64,000 nucleotides of DNA from Lepidodermella squamata. Taxonomy: Eukaryota; Animalia; Gastrotricha. Numbering within the stretch: position 1 is the first letter of the stretch; the number at the start of each line of letters is the position of its first letter. The notes under the pieces are model-generated. The model did no database searches, was not told the DNA's origin, and saw nothing but the letters and a program-made list of their open reading frames with translations. Positions 48,561-63,527 of this stretch are shown piece by piece. A program made the position numbers and the translations under genes. The stretch covers positions 558,001-622,000 of the forward strand of contig JBLDXI010000074.1 of assembly GCA_047495785.1 (NCBI GenBank), read 5' to 3'.

Positions 48561-50810
48561 GATAATTGAATCCGCTGGTATTAATAATCGAATAATTATT
48601 TGTCTTTTACCTATAATTTTTCAACAATAAAAGTGTTGCGAAATCTATAGCCTGTTTTTGTGTGCACAAGCAATAGATGCGCTCAAATTATACGATAAAA
48701 GCGCATTAAGGAGGTGCCAGAATCTGCGCGCGACGCTAATAAAATTAAAAAGCGAGTGCCTTAAAATGCCTAGCTCGATGCGTGTAAAGCCTACATAACT
48801 GCGGCTGCTACTACAACTGCTACTACAAGTGGTCGGCTAAATATTAGGCGACGAACAATTTTTTGCGGCAGGTATACCTACCTATTGTCGGCACAGCGAG
48901 CGCGGCTTTGTGCGAATCGCGCGCGTGAGATACGAAGTGGTACCATCATCGAACATTTGCTACTTGACACTGTGTTTTACACATTTTACGTTGAAACATT
49001 TTGTTAAAGCCTGCGACTAGTTATTATACTAATAAGTAACCAGTCCGCTGTTGGCAACAAAGAACGGCGAAAATAGTGCGCTCGAGTGAATGATGATTGT
49101 GCGAGCGGGTGATTCGCTAGCGCGATAAACGGTGTCAAGATGTAAAACTCGCAGTCAGGACATATCATAACGACAATATACGGAAACTTGAGCTAAATTA
49201 TACATACCTACGAGTTGAAAAATAATAAAATATAAATCAACTGATGCTGCTACAAAATAATCATGACGACAAATATTTTATATGAGCGCGCGCGCTCGTG
49301 TTGTCGCGGTTATACTTTCGCTTATAATGTAGGTATATAAAGTAAGATGATGATGATAATAATTTACCTACTACTCAGATCACGCGTTGACACATTGGTG
49401 TTTCGTCGCGCTCTTTGACTAACAAACAAACAAAAAAACCTGTGCAATTCAAGGGAGTGTTAAGGTTATACAGTTAGTGTGGGCGGCTTGTTGAAAAAAC
49501 TTGAAGGGATAGTTTCTCACCTGAAGTGATGATTAATTACCCTTAAGTATGACGTAGGAAACGTCTTACAGTCACGCCAACTACTTTATTTCATTCACAG
49601 AATTTCAGCAAAATGGCCGAATTTTCGAGACTGAGCACGACATTCAGCGATTTATCGTCCGATTTTTAAAAATTTATTAGCGTCCATCAAATACTAAAGG
49701 GTGACCAATGACGAAGTTAAAACCTTCTGAGTGGAATATGAAGATATTTTACACAAAAATAAATTAAAAAAATCCGAAAATAAATGCGCTAAAATTGAAA
49801 AAAATTTTAACTTTCAATTTGTTTCCATTTTGCGTGAAAATGAAAAATTAATAGCAGCGAGTGCATTTTGGAGTCACTCGTTTCTCGTTCCATTCGTTTT
49901 TTTATGACAACTGGAGAGGAATTTTTGACAACTTTGGTCGACTTATCGTGATAATCTGACACGATATGATGGCAGTCGCGCGTAGGTTGTAGCAACAACA
50001 GCAATCTAAATTTTGACACCTACTGCGCTGTGACTCACGGCAATCACAGCTTAAAAAGTTCTGGTGCAAAAGTTCGTCAAAAAACAAAACACACCTCGTC
50101 ACAGTTCACGTTTTATTAAGCTCGATTTTATATAACGATATATATGTATAGCTCGCGATTAATATTTACAGGAATTATTAATCAAATCACGGCTATAAGA
50201 TTAACTGATCAAGAAGAGCTACTACGATCATATACATGCGGCCGAAAGCATTCAAAATGTCGACCAATTCCGATTTTATATTGATATAATGATGCCGCAT
50301 AGTCGAATGCCAGAGTTTTCCAGTAGCGTGATGACCAAATCGCATTTTGCGCCGAAAATTCGATTGCCGAACCAGGAATCCGAGCGTCGTATCGATTGGT
50401 AAAACAGCTGCCGCCGCCGGCTTTTTCTGAAATAAAAACCCTAATCTAGGAAAACCCGCCCCCACCTTAAAACTACCAAAATTTGTCTCAAGTCCAGGAT
50501 TTTTTTGAAATTATTTTACTGCATTTTTTTCTTCTCAAAACGACTAGTTTGATTATTTTTTCGATGACAAGTGGCAGCAGCGTTTCAGCAAAAAAGGCTG
50601 TACAAAAACGATGAGTTGTCCGAGAACGAATTGCGGCGATATAGTAACTAGGTCATCACATTTTTTTCGACTATTGAGGTGTTTTATGCTCTCGTTATTT
50701 TTTTCTTGTGTGGTTTTTTTCTGTGTCGCTCCAAAATCCCGATCATTCAATCTCGCTTTCAAATAACGCGGAATGGCTATGATGAATAAATGGCGCGATC
50801 GATGGTCTCA

Positions 50811-53800
50811 TCAACGCGATGACGAACGCGACGATCGGGACCGCGAGCGGCTGGACGACGATGACGAGGACGAAGATCGCGACGACTTGGAGGCGCGCGA
50901 CGACCGGCTGGCCGAGCGCGACCGGGACTTGCGGCCGCGGAACGGCGGCGGCGTCACCGGCGGGCGGTACGAGTCGGCGGCTGTGGCGCCGGCTCGGGCG
51001 CCGCTGGGTGCCGGGCGACTGCGCTCCGGCGACGAAGTACGCCGTTGTCGGGAATCCGACTGCTCCTTGGGAAAAAAAAATCAAAATAAAATATTATAAT
51101 CTTGTTAAACAAGGTAAGCCAAAATGCCCCTCAATTATCAATGCTTTATTAGTTTTCGCAAACCAGAATATGGAACCGCAAACATGACTGGTTTGCTAAA
51201 AAACGTGTCAAAACTAGCTTATTTCAATACAAATTGACCAGAATCAACAAAGCCATCTTAGTATTCCAAAGGCTCAAATCTTCGCAAAGATTCGTTTTCA
51301 TTGTTCAGTCTACGTTCTGCGGCGAACTTGAATCAAGCATTCTCTAAAAAATAATTTCCACATTTTTAGAAGCGAACTTTGAGGAATTTTCAAGGCATTG
51401 AAAATTGACAACCCAAATTTTCGGACTGATCCCAACTTTCAACAGAATTTTCGGCATTCTCAGACTAATTGCAGCAAACTCCATTTTATGCCAAAAAGGT
51501 ATTTTAGAAAAAGAGGAAATTTTCAGGCTTTTGAGAGAAAATCTTCTAGTTTTTTTTTAATTTTGCAATCGATGAAAATACGGGAAAGTTTTATAAATTG
51601 TTAAAGGTAGTGATTTATAGTCAATTCCGGGGTCTTCTGAGGTTGAGAAGCCCTGATAGCACATTTGAAATATTCTCAAACGATCACGATTATCCAGAAT
51701 AAATCCAGATTTCAGAACTCGTGTTGATTCCGAGAATTTTTTCAGAAATTTTTGAGAAGATACCGCGGGAAATTATTTCGTTTTACAATGTTGAAATTTC
51801 ACTTGGAATTTGAATTGTTTTGAATATTGACTCCAAATCCTTTGCAAAATTGAGATGATTTGAGCATTTCAACTATTCGTTCCCCGATTCCCGATATTCG
51901 ATTTGCAAATGGAATTGGGTTCGCATAAAATGAAGTCTTACCCTTCTGGCGTCGACTGGGCGTCGCTGTCTCTCGCGTTCACGCTCCCGTTCACGTTCTT
52001 TCTCTCGTTCCCGTTCTCGCTCACGTTCACGCTCCCTTTCGCGTTCTCGTTGCTCTCGCAACTCCTTCTCCCGATTTTCCCGTTCACGCTGAAAACAAGC
52101 ATAAAAAAATTAGCGTACAATTTTGGCAAAACGTTGACCTAATATTTCACGTATTGGTCCCTAGTAGAGTATTTTTACCCGTGGCAAGTTTTACTTGAAT
52201 TTCAAATTTCAAAAACTCATTTGCAAAGTTTTTAAATTTCGCTTCTTTGTTTGATTTCCAACCTGACTTCAATAACTACTGTCAGTTTATTATCAGCATT
52301 AAGGGAGTTGTACAGTTTTACCAACACTTACCTCTCGTTCTTTTTCACGTTCTCGCAGCTCGCGAGCTTTCGCCTCTCGAGCTTCGCGGTCCTCCTCGCG
52401 CTTCTTCTCACGCTCAGCTTTCTGTTCGGCGCGCTTAGCCGCCTCCTCCTCAGTCAACGGCAGCCAGTAGAGGTGCGGCGAGGTCTTCGTTCGACGGAAC
52501 AAATCGTCAAGAGAAACTCGCGGCTTCTCCGACTCAGACGGCTGCTCTTGTTGGTCTGATTTCTGCTGCGAACGGCCTTCATTCGAGTCGCGCTTCCGAT
52601 TACGGTCTTTCTTCTTTTCCTAAATAGCAGCGTAAAATCTCATGAAATAGATCAAATAGTCAAAAATGACGCACCTCATTGTTAATCGCAGCGACTTGTC
52701 GATCTCGGAGGGGACCACTTTCTTCATCGTGATGGTTATTTTCAACGGTTTTCACCATACGGCGCTGAAATGAAAAATTCGTAGAATTAAATCAGAATAT
52801 TCGCGAAATTATTAGTCAAACAAGTCAAATTTAGTTTTCGATCTTACCAGTTCGCTATTTCCGTTCAATCTGGCCGATTTCGACGGACGTTCTTCGCCTT
52901 CGGCTCCATTTTCGGCGCCTTTAACGACCCTAGTTGGTCTCGAACCAGGCGCCCCCAGGGCAATACCAACGCCAGCTAGCGCTGCAGCGGTTAACCTAGT
53001 CGAACCTTCCTCCATACTTTTAGCTCTATCGAGCTGAAAATAATGAAAAAAGAATGTAAGAAGAAAACGAGAAAAATATATTTTAACTCACGAATTCTTG
53101 TGTCACGAAGTCAACACACAAAATTTTCGGGTTGGTGGAGGGCCATTGCGTGCCATGAAGAGCCTCGCGAGTTTTAATTGCATCCTCCACGCTCTTGTAC
53201 TGTGAAAAATTATGAAAAAATTAGCTTAGCCATAATGAAATAGAATTCAACTTACGCCAACAATGCAATGTGACTTGACTTTATCTGTCCAGAATAGTGA
53301 TTCATCAACTCGGCCAACACGGCTGAGCAATTCTTTCAACTGAGAAAGGCTGAATGGGCGAACAAGATTTCTGAGAAAAAAATCCGCATTAAATCAGGTT
53401 AATTTAGCTAAAATAAAAAGACTTACTCAACATGAAGAATATTGGTTGGCTCTGCACGAGAAGGTGATACCTGGCGTTTCGCACGCCGCGGCTCGTCAAC
53501 CTCGAGCTGAATAGGCGCTGCTGATGTTGACGTCTTTCGAACTGAAGTTTTTGCCGGCTTTTTTGAAACATCTCCCGTTCCGAGATCGTCACCACCCAAA
53601 TCATCGGTCTTCTCGCCGATAGTCAATTCGAGCTAGAAAAATGCATTATCATAGATTTTAATTTTAATTTTGATTCACAGAATGAAAATCGGAAAATTAT
53701 TACGGAATTCGAAAAAATTTCAACAAAATTTTGAACATTTTGAACTTACTGTGTCCATCATATTGCCCTCATCTTGTGAGTCCGCATGTTTAGCCGTTTC

Positions 53801-56800
53801 ATTCTCCGACTCGACAATTCGACGTCTTCTAGGGCCAGATGGCTGCTCGTCATGATCTTCAACGTCAGATACCTCAGGTAAATTCATCAACTGAAAAATT
53901 AAGAAAATTCATGAAAAAAAAATATTAAAAAATCAAATGATTCTACTACCTTCAAAAGATCTGACGAAATTGCGACAGTTTTCACAACAGGTTGGTTATT
54001 CACCTCCTCCGACCATTTGCGTTTACGTTCGCCTTCTTTCCGCGGCCCTGAAACAGCAAGGCGCTGTTCTGTCATGCGCAGCTGCCGGCGAGGAACCAAT
54101 TGAGCTGGGTCGATGACTGACTTGGGCGGCTCGGCCTCTTTCGGTTTCTCGACTTGAACCGGCGTTTTGACTCGAGGCTTTGAAACCTCCATTTTGTGAT
54201 CATCGGCATCGCTCTAAAAAATGAAAAATTTTCAAGAGACCAATTTTTTCAAAATATTAAAAATGATTCAAAATTCAAAATTGCTTGGAAATGTCTCGAT
54301 TAGAAAAATTCATACATTTTTCATTTCTTATGCTAAATTTCGGTTTGAATCATTTATTGATTTTTAAATACCTAAATAGGTCCTCCCTTCTAATTAGGTC
54401 CTCACTTATAATCCGGTATATACGGTAAGTAATGAAATCATATTTTTCAAAAAATTACCAATTGGTCATTTTCTTGAACTGATAGCGGTGAATTGAAAGA
54501 CTCGCGAACGTCATTATCGCTTAGCAAATTTTCGCTGAAACCAGCCCCGGCATGAGCCGGTTCCGCTTGAACAGGCTCAGGGGCAGCGACTGGAGCCGGA
54601 GCAGGGACTTCAACAGGTTGAACTACCCTTTCGACAACTGGCGGGGGAGCTTCAATAACTGGAGGTTTGACTTGAACCGGGGCAGGTTCAGCTACAGCAG
54701 GGGGAGCTGGTTGTTGAGCTGCGACGGGTTGGTGTTGAGATTTTACGGGCGAAGCCTGTTTTACAGGAGACGCTTGTTTAACGGGCGAAGCTTCTTTGAC
54801 GGGTGAAGCTAGTTTGACGGGGGATGCTTGTTTAACAGGCTCGACATTGGCGACAGGGGACGCCATGGCAGGTGAGCGTGAAGCCCTAACAGGCGATGTG
54901 TGAATTTCGACGGGCTGAACTGGAGATTGAATAGCTGGCGGATGTGCAACGTCGCCATTGCTACCGGCATGAGCTTGAAAAATGGAAAAAATGGTTTGAA
55001 TATGGAAATATAATCTTTCTGGCTTTGAACTTGAATGTATCCTTAACTCTGGTACTCGTGTATAAACGCCATTCAAAATGCAATTTTTCAAATAATATTC
55101 CGCGGTCAAAAATTTTCATTTTATCCACCTTGATATTTTTCGCGACTAATGAACCGATTAGTCCTCTTCTGAATACCTAAATTAACGAAGCAGTACTCCA
55201 AGTACTCTGAGGTAACATGGAAACCATCGAACTTTCAATTCTCGAACCATTTGTATTGAACCTTCGGAACCATCGGAATATTCCTTTGCATAAGTACGTT
55301 CCATCGAAATTAATCCTGTTTTGCTATGTGATTTCAATGTGATAGTTTTAGTAATTTGTGTCACCGATGGATTAAAACGCAGCATCGCAAGTTGAATAGC
55401 GCAATGCAGGCACCTGAGCGCTTTTCTTGCCTTTAGTGTATCCCTACATCAGAAGGGGAACCGCTAGTAAATTGCCCAACAGTTTGTAGATAAAGCTCCA
55501 GTACTAGTTTATTGATAGCAATGCGGCTAATGCCGCTAGCCGAAAATTCGAGCAAAAGGTTGAGACACATATGGAAGGAGCCAATTAACATAAAAGGGAT
55601 GCCAAATGATTCAGCTCAGATAAGAATACTAATATGAATACTTACAAGAGAAGACTTAGGAAGTCAACCCCAGTGACAAGGAGAAGCTCGTTTGAGAACG
55701 ATGAAAGAGTTTCGAAAGAGTTAGCAAACCATACAGCTGACTTAAAACCGACTGAAACCGTCGGAAAACACGAAAAGTATGAACAGTTTTCGCCTAAAGT
55801 AAGCTATGAGCCGCTACTAATTGCTAATTGCCATGATGAAAAGTTGGAAATGACCGCATATTAATGAATCGAACCGTTTTGGACTAATTAGCGAAACGCG
55901 CAAAAGATAACCAGCACTGTGGGCGAGTTTTAACTAAAATTTGAGATTTGTCGAGAGATCTTAGTTCTATGAAAATTTTGATAATTAGATGGCCCCAATG
56001 AACCCAATGAATGAGATGGAATAGCAAGCTTAATCAGAGCAGTAAACCGAAATATATTGCTATATTAAATCCTGCTTATTGATTGGGTAGGCAATTGAAA
56101 ATCGGAAGTATGAGGCTCAGAGTGAACGTAATTAATATGAATAATGCGAAAATTGACTTTTCCGATGGTTCAGATACACATCTCCATGTTTTCCAACGTT
56201 TTCAGTCTAAATGGTTCGAGAAATACTAGTTCGATGGTATAATGGGGATCCAAAAATCCACTGTACACTGCTATTCAAGCTAATTTCATCACAGAGAAAT
56301 CATGCTTTGGCAGTCTTTACCAGGCTCAGGAGCTTGATAGACCGGCATCTGCTCCACAATCGGGATTGGCGATGCAACTTGAGCGTGAACTGGGCTAGCC
56401 ATTCCATCTTCAGAAAAATACAAGATTCAGTTCCAAAAATTATATATAAAAAAATGCGAAATTCACCTTGCGGAGTGGGAGTTGCACTTGCTGGTTTAGC
56501 AAGGTTACTGCACCAGCGAGCCATATCAGACCCACTAAAATTAAAAAATTCAATTTGTTATTTTTAAAATTGCTGAAGTATATACCTAATAGCACTGCTG
56601 GTTTTCTGAGCAGTGACTTGAGCTCCAAAGAGCATATCCAGATTTTGGCCCTCTTTTTCTTGAAGATGCTGCGAAGTTCAAAAATTAGTAAGAAAAATGC
56701 ACTGTAAAATGATTGAAGTCATACCTTTTGAAGCCTCTCCATCAACTGAGCCTTATTGCCAGACTTTGATAGGCCTCGCTTTTCCAGCTCTTTTTTGAGG

Positions 56801-56844
56801 TCAGTGACCTTCAAATCCGCTGGTGATACATGAATTGCTTCCAT
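50811..56844 (-). CDS. ACIN1: Acinus (apoptotic chromatin condensation inducer; ASAP-complex subunit), multi-exon
   Basis: N-terminal SAP domain ([28 protein letters not shown]); RRM ([44 protein letters not shown]); RSB motif [23 protein letters not shown]; RE- and RS-rich tail. Confidence 0.92.
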
Positions 56845-57610
56845 TGTTTTACAGAGTTCTGATTATTTTTTAACCAAACATTAATCAATAATTATCTAAA
56901 AAATGAAGGGAATACATTTATGAAAACAATTGTATCATTTCTTGAGGAACTTTTTCGAGATAGCATGCACCAAAGCCGTTACTTTTTTCTTTCATTATCG
57001 TCAAGTCGAGAAAACCGTTATTGTTAACGTAAGCAAAACAAAAATAAAGACGAATTAATTGGATGAAGAACTGCACCAAGCCGATATTACAAAGTAAATT
57101 TTACACCAGGAAAATTATATAATAGTTTTATAATGACAAGAAGTTTAGTTGTTTCAATATCTGTATACACAACGCGATGAGTAAAAGTTAGGACGTAGGA
57201 ATATATATAGCATAAAACTATACTTATTTTTATATTTTAATAATTGCTGCTCTTCACATTTGAGTAGGATTTTTCGGACAGAAAATAATATTCATAAAGG
57301 CCAGTTAATAATGCTGATATTTAATTTTAGAAAAGTTCCTAGCAGTGCGTTGAAAATAATTCAATAGTATAACAACGATTTTTCGAATGTTAAGAAGTGC
57401 AAACATTTTACTGGAATAAATTTGCCATTTTATTTTATTTACACGTATAGTCCAAAGATAAAACCATCTCACCAGGACTCACGACTGCTCACAGACAAAC
57501 GAGTTTAGTAAAGAAAATAAATATAACAGTAGCAGGGCAAAATCGCTTCATTCACTTTGTCCCGAGTAAGTGAAGAAATAGTATTTCTTTATTGTATGTT
57601 TTCATTATTT

Positions 57611-60600
57611 TCATTTAGCAGCTGCAGCAGTTCCGTTCATAGAAGGCAGCACCCCGGTCGATTGAGACATTGCAACAGGTCGAGGAAGCATTTCTAGAAA
57701 ATCGCCAACAACTATCGTTTCCAACTCATCCATCATTACTTTTGAAGCTACATCGGAAGAAAACCGCTTGTCTCGTATCACCATGTCTAAAATTCAGAAT
57801 TATTTAAAAAAAATTAAATTGTTAAACTATCGATTTTACCTGGTTTAGAAGCCCAATGATAGAAGAACAAATGAAGGTCGTGCGGGCTCAGAATTTGAGT
57901 CAGATGCAAAATGGGGCAGTTTTTGATTTCCACCTCGGCGCATCGACAATGATCGAGCCGATTCATTTGCTTGCTGATTCGCAGCACCAACGCTCGACTC
58001 TGCGTCAAAGGCCCGTTTATGTCCAAGGGGCCCATTGCCAACGATGCCGCGTTATTGTCAACAAACGCCCATCGACTCCTGAAAAATTGAGTTTTTCCCC
58101 AAAATGAGATTGAATATTGAAAGGTTTATCAACTCACAGTTGGAATTGAGGCAAAGAATGGCGGGGCATCAGCATAATGAGCTCGAGTAGCTTCGCAGCG
58201 GCTAAAAAAGCTGGTAACCAGTTGATGGTATCTGGACTAGTCGGTAGCTGAGCAGTATTTGCAATGATCATCTCCTGCAAAGTGGCTAAATCACTCGATT
58301 TCTTCTCCAAATGCACCAAAACTCGACTCTAAAAATGTCAGAGAAACCATTTTCAATCAATTTTTTTATAATAAGCTCAAAATTTACCAATTCGGTGAAT
58401 AAAACAGGCCAAAATGGTGTGAGATTGTCGGAAGTAAAACGCAGCAAGATGACGCGAAGGAGTAGAAACAAGTTAGCGACAATGAGGGGCGAATCGCTGT
58501 AGCGCAGTGATTCTGAGATTTTCTCCTGGATTTCAGGCAGCTGCCGAACGTATTGATCAGTATCGGACGAGAATACAACGAAGGCGAGGCGTTTGAGATA
58601 CGCCACTCGTTTCAAAATTTCAGTGTCTTGATTCACGAAAATCGCGCCCATTGGATTGCTCAGAGCAGATTGCATTCTCACTGAAAATTAAAAAAAAATC
58701 ATGAACAAATTGAGTTAACAAAATCGTTAAAAATGACAAGACTATGAAAGGAAAAAAAAATGATTTTGAAGAAAATCCAAATTGACAATTCTAGATATCT
58801 GAGAATGACTAAATTTGATTTTTTTTTTAATTTCACGACAAGGCAAATGTACGAAGAAATTGCTTACATCACACATTTATAGCTAGGGAACAGTTTTCGA
58901 TAATGACATTAATTGGTTGAGGAAGTTCATTATCATTAATTACTTTTCCGAAAATGAGTTGCAACGCCTGCTCAACAGTAGAAATTATAGCTAATCGCGA
59001 CTATTTATCAAGAAATGAATGAACATTTTTTTATGAAAATTCTACAATAATGATACTTAACGACAAGCTAAAAGTTAGAATTTCGATTTTTTTTTACCAT
59101 TAACTGGATCTCGAAATTTCGGATATTTTTTAATAACGTTAAGAATAATTCGAATATTTCAACTTACAGACGAAATCTTTGAAAGTCTGCCGTTCGAAAG
59201 TCATCAAAGCATCACAGATGATTTTCCAGTGCGGAAAGGCAGGCGACGGCAGTTGAAACAGGGCTGAATCGAACGCAGCAACCAATTCAAACGCCTCCTT
59301 TTTCCAAACGCGGCGATTATACGCAAAACCGGCGAGATTCGCCAGAAATTTACTCGCAGCCGTGAAGTGCGAAATATTCGCCTCAGTTCGATCGCGCAAA
59401 AATGGCCAAATCATATTCATCATCGTCGATATGATATTAACCGCCCGTTCCTTTTCGCTGCTATCGAAAATCGTATCCAACAATCGGGCCGTATGATCGG
59501 CGATCAAATTCAACGCATCCAGCGTGATGTCGTACAACAATCGATTCGTCATGTGGCGCGAATGATTGACGGCATAGTGCCGGCCGAACCACGTGACTGA
59601 TTCTAAGATAACCCCGGCGATATTCGCAATTGTTTCACAGCCCTTTTGCGCAACATCCTGCACCTCCTTCGCACGTTTTCGATCCAAATCTCTCTGCACA
59701 ATTTCGACGTATTTCGCGAGAACACTGAAGGAATTCAGACCCAATCGCCATAGTTGGATGTCTTGTAGGGTCGGGGTTATTGGCACTCCGACTGGGACGG
59801 GTGGTAATAGGCCTAAGCACTCTTTCACGAGGCTCAAAACCGAATTCCAACCCTCGACCAATACATTCAAAGAATGCGAATCTGAGGTCATGTACGCGAG
59901 GAATAGCGACATCAAATTGTTAGGGACATTCGCGTTCTGCTGTTGCGGTTTGCTTTCAACCGATTGTTTGATCAGCAGGATGATTTCTTCGACAAAGGCT
60001 GGGAATGTGATGCCTTTCAGGGTTAGAAGTAACGAGACTATTGGCACTTGATCGCTGCTTTTCAGCGCGTTCGACTCGGACCAAACGAGGGCGGCTGATA
60101 GAATCAGGTGATTTGGAGCGTACGATGTCAATGGGTTCAACAAATCACCCAGTCGACATAGAACAGCCTGTTTAAAAAAATCGTAAAAAATAATCAGAAA
60201 AATTCAAATTAAATTGAACAAATTCGGAAATTGTAAGCACCCTAGACCATAAATTTTACACCTGACAGAAAAAATGCAAGCCGAGTTAGTTCATTTAAGA
60301 GGAAATTTTCTGGACACATATCCAACCTGAACGGGTATAATATACGACTGTAGGGTAGATAGGGGTTTCAAACCTAAATTTTCGTGAAATTCTCATAATT
60401 AAAATTACCTCAGGTGATGCGACTAGGTGGATTGGCGGCCTGAAGCCTGCTATATCTAGCTGGCCAGACGCTTTACAGCAAACTTTTTGCAGCATACTCG
60501 TCGCAGATAGCAGCCTGGGAAGGCATTGGATGAAGGCAGATCTAGTTTCTGTGAGTGAAACAGCTCCAAGTCCCTGTTATATTAACATAGCGAAAATAAA

Positions 60601-63527
60601 ATCTCACCAAATCACGGCAAATAAAATGAGGTTAGAAAAAGCGAATGATAAGATGCGATTAGTGAGTACATTTTGACCGGCAAGCGTTGATGTTATGTAT
60701 ATTTTTCATCATCGTCATCATAGTCATAGTCGATATTTATAAGCTTGAAACTTGAAATGATAACATATAATACTTGAAGGGCCATAACCGTTAAGGCTAG
60801 CTTTCCAATTGCAACTTACTGAAGTCTCAACAAAATTATCCTGTGAGTTTCCAGTGCGAAATTGATGTTATTATAGTTGGAAATTGTTATTGAACACCAA
60901 AGCGGGTGAAAAAAACCACCCAAGGTATGAGCCTTCGAAATTGCCTGATATCAACGCGATCGCCATGATCGTTTCAAAATTCAAAATGTCAAACCAATTG
61001 TCATCAGGTTTTTCGGTAAAATCGCGGAAATTGGATGAAAATTTCGCGTTTTATTTTTCATTTCTTTTAGAAATAATTAAATTATCAGCAAAGTCACAAA
61101 ATTTGGGCAAAATATGTCAATTCAATAAGATTTTTTTAAATTGTAAGAATACTTTCTGAATATTTTCCGATTTTCTATCATTTTTTGCGTTCATCAGGCA
61201 ATTTCAAACCCATAAACCTTCATCAATAAGAAATTTTAATAGTAGGACACATTTACGCACCTTGCGAGCTTTTTTGTCGCGAAACCAATTACTCCACGTA
61301 AAAGTCCGCCGCGCTGCGCTGTGCAGCTGAAACGAGCTATCGCCAGCCAACGCCGAACTGCCGTCCGGGTCGATCGACTCAGCGGGGGTGAGCATAGAAA
61401 ACTCACGATTGACAATAGGCCGCATCGCACTGATGGCAGAATCAGTTGCGAACGTAAAATTCGACAGCGACGACAGCGAATCGAGTAAAGTCAACAAATA
61501 ATCCGTAGGAAGACTCAGCGAATCTTTCGCAACCGAACACCCAGCATACGCGTCTGATAGCCACAACATCGCCGAGCAGATACTAGTAACTGCTGTGGTC
61601 ACGTAATCAGAAGTAGCTCGACATAGCGAAGGCAATAAAGTGATGGTCAATTGTAGCCACGACGGGTGAAATTCGGCTAAATCACGAGATGCCAGGACAT
61701 GGTGTACGGAGAACAGTAACAAAGGCTGGTAGACAAGAGGCCGGTCGGTGTGGAAGCGTAGAACGTACTCAGCTACGGCTTTTGCCGATTTTGGATCGCG
61801 CGTTGGCAGCCAATTCGGTGATTTCTCGAAATTTGACCTCAATTTCGGGACACACCCTGCCAACGCCATTTCCAACTCGGCACAACAGCGTAGGAGGACT
61901 AACATTTTAAGGTGATAGACCAGTTGCATATCAGCAGAGACGACACTGGCCCGCTGTTTCAGGGCGTCGATTGCTACTTTCATCGCAATACTCGGATTAG
62001 GCTGGGTTGAGTTCAACAAATGCGGCATAGCCAGCGAAATTCCGACGCAGTATAGCAAAATATTGACGAGTCGCGTGTTCGCTAGAACTTCGGTGATAAA
62101 CTCCGCGAACCCGGCAACAGGTGGTTGGGGCAGGCGGAGTAACCGGGTGATATTACTCACGATAGCTGCTAGAAGATGAGCAGCCGCGATTTGCACCTCA
62201 GTATTAGCTAAATGGTCAACATCTGCCGTGCCCTCCTTCACAGGATGAACTGATCGTAAATAGTGGAGTAGGGTATGCAACGCCAGTTCTAAATACGACA
62301 AATTCCGGTAGGCTGACGATAGCTGCTCGGTGGTATCTGAGTAGAAATTGCGGCCTAGTAGCGAACACCTGTGTTTCGCGAGTAGCATCCGCAGCTGCCG
62401 GGACTGCGTCGAACAATTCCCGCCATCGCCGTACGAAGCAGCGGTTGATGCCGCGTCCTCCCCGGCTGATAGCTGCGTAGTAGCCATGGCTATGCACAAC
62501 GACTGCGGGCTGGACATGATCAAATTCGACATCAGCTTAATCGCGTGATGCACCCTAGTTGTGTCAAACGTCTCGTAGTACACGAGCAAATGACTCGCCA
62601 GCGGGTGGACAGCCATTTGCGATAGACTCGGCACTTCAGCCGCGAATAAATTCGCGCAATATAGCTCTAACGCTCCGCCATTTGTCGGCGAGATCTGCGC
62701 ACGGCTTTCGTCAGGTTCCGGCTCAGGGTCTTCGCCGGTCACGACGAGGAAAACCTGGCGGAATAACGAATCGACGAAGCCCTCCGCGAACTCCTCCGCG
62801 GCTGCGTTTGACGTGGCTGAACCGCTTCGTTCCACGATTTGCCCGTCAACTAACCGCTTGGCTTTACGAAACGTTTCAGATATCGATTTCTCATCGCTCA
62901 CCAACACATCATCCTCCGTGAAATCATCTCCCATCGCCTCTTCGAAGGGGTTAGTCACTAGACTGAACATTGAATGTTGCCCGGATTCACTCAGTGACAT
63001 CTCCTTTTTCACGCCAGGCTTTGTCGAGACGACATTTTTGCCGTCTTTCAACTGAATCACAGCGGTTTGAGATGAAGAGTTTGATTTGAATGAGTTCGAC
63101 AGCGGCAGTTGAGTCGGGGCGGTCATGAATCGGACCTGGCCGTTTTCACTCGCCACCGCCACGATTCGCTTCTCGTAATCGTCCTCAGTCGACGTGGCGT
63201 CCGATGCAGACTCGCGTTGCGAATTGTTATTCGAATTCTCATTATTCGTCACAACAACCAATTTTTCGATATAAATCCTAGCCGTGTCTGGGTGGAGGAG
63301 GAGCAGGAACAGCGGGTCGAGAACGGAGTGAAGGTCGTTATCGCGAATGACTTGCTCCACCCAGCCGATGACGATCGGGTAGACTTGGTCGTTATTGCGG
63401 CTCAGAGATTCGAGGAAAACGAGCAGGCATCGGTTGAAAGTCCGCAGGCGACGAATCCGCCGCCGGTCTATACCGCGGCTGATATGCCAAAATCGGGCGA
63501 ATCGCTTGAAAGCTTCATGCCTCACAT
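57611..63527 (-). CDS. DOP1: Dopey/DOP1 (pad-1) family protein, 3' portion; 5' exons lie beyond the window
   Basis: Dopey motifs RHEAFKRFARFWH, LDPLFLLLLHPDTAR, WKKEAFEL, LKRLAFVVFSSDTDQY, LFLLLRVILLRF..LTPFWPVLFTEL; stop TGA at 57613-57611. Confidence 0.9.

Noticed and set aside
51960-52090. (GAACGT/GAACGG)n tandem repeat as a satellite
   Set aside because: It is the Arg-Glu-rich coding exon of Acinus.
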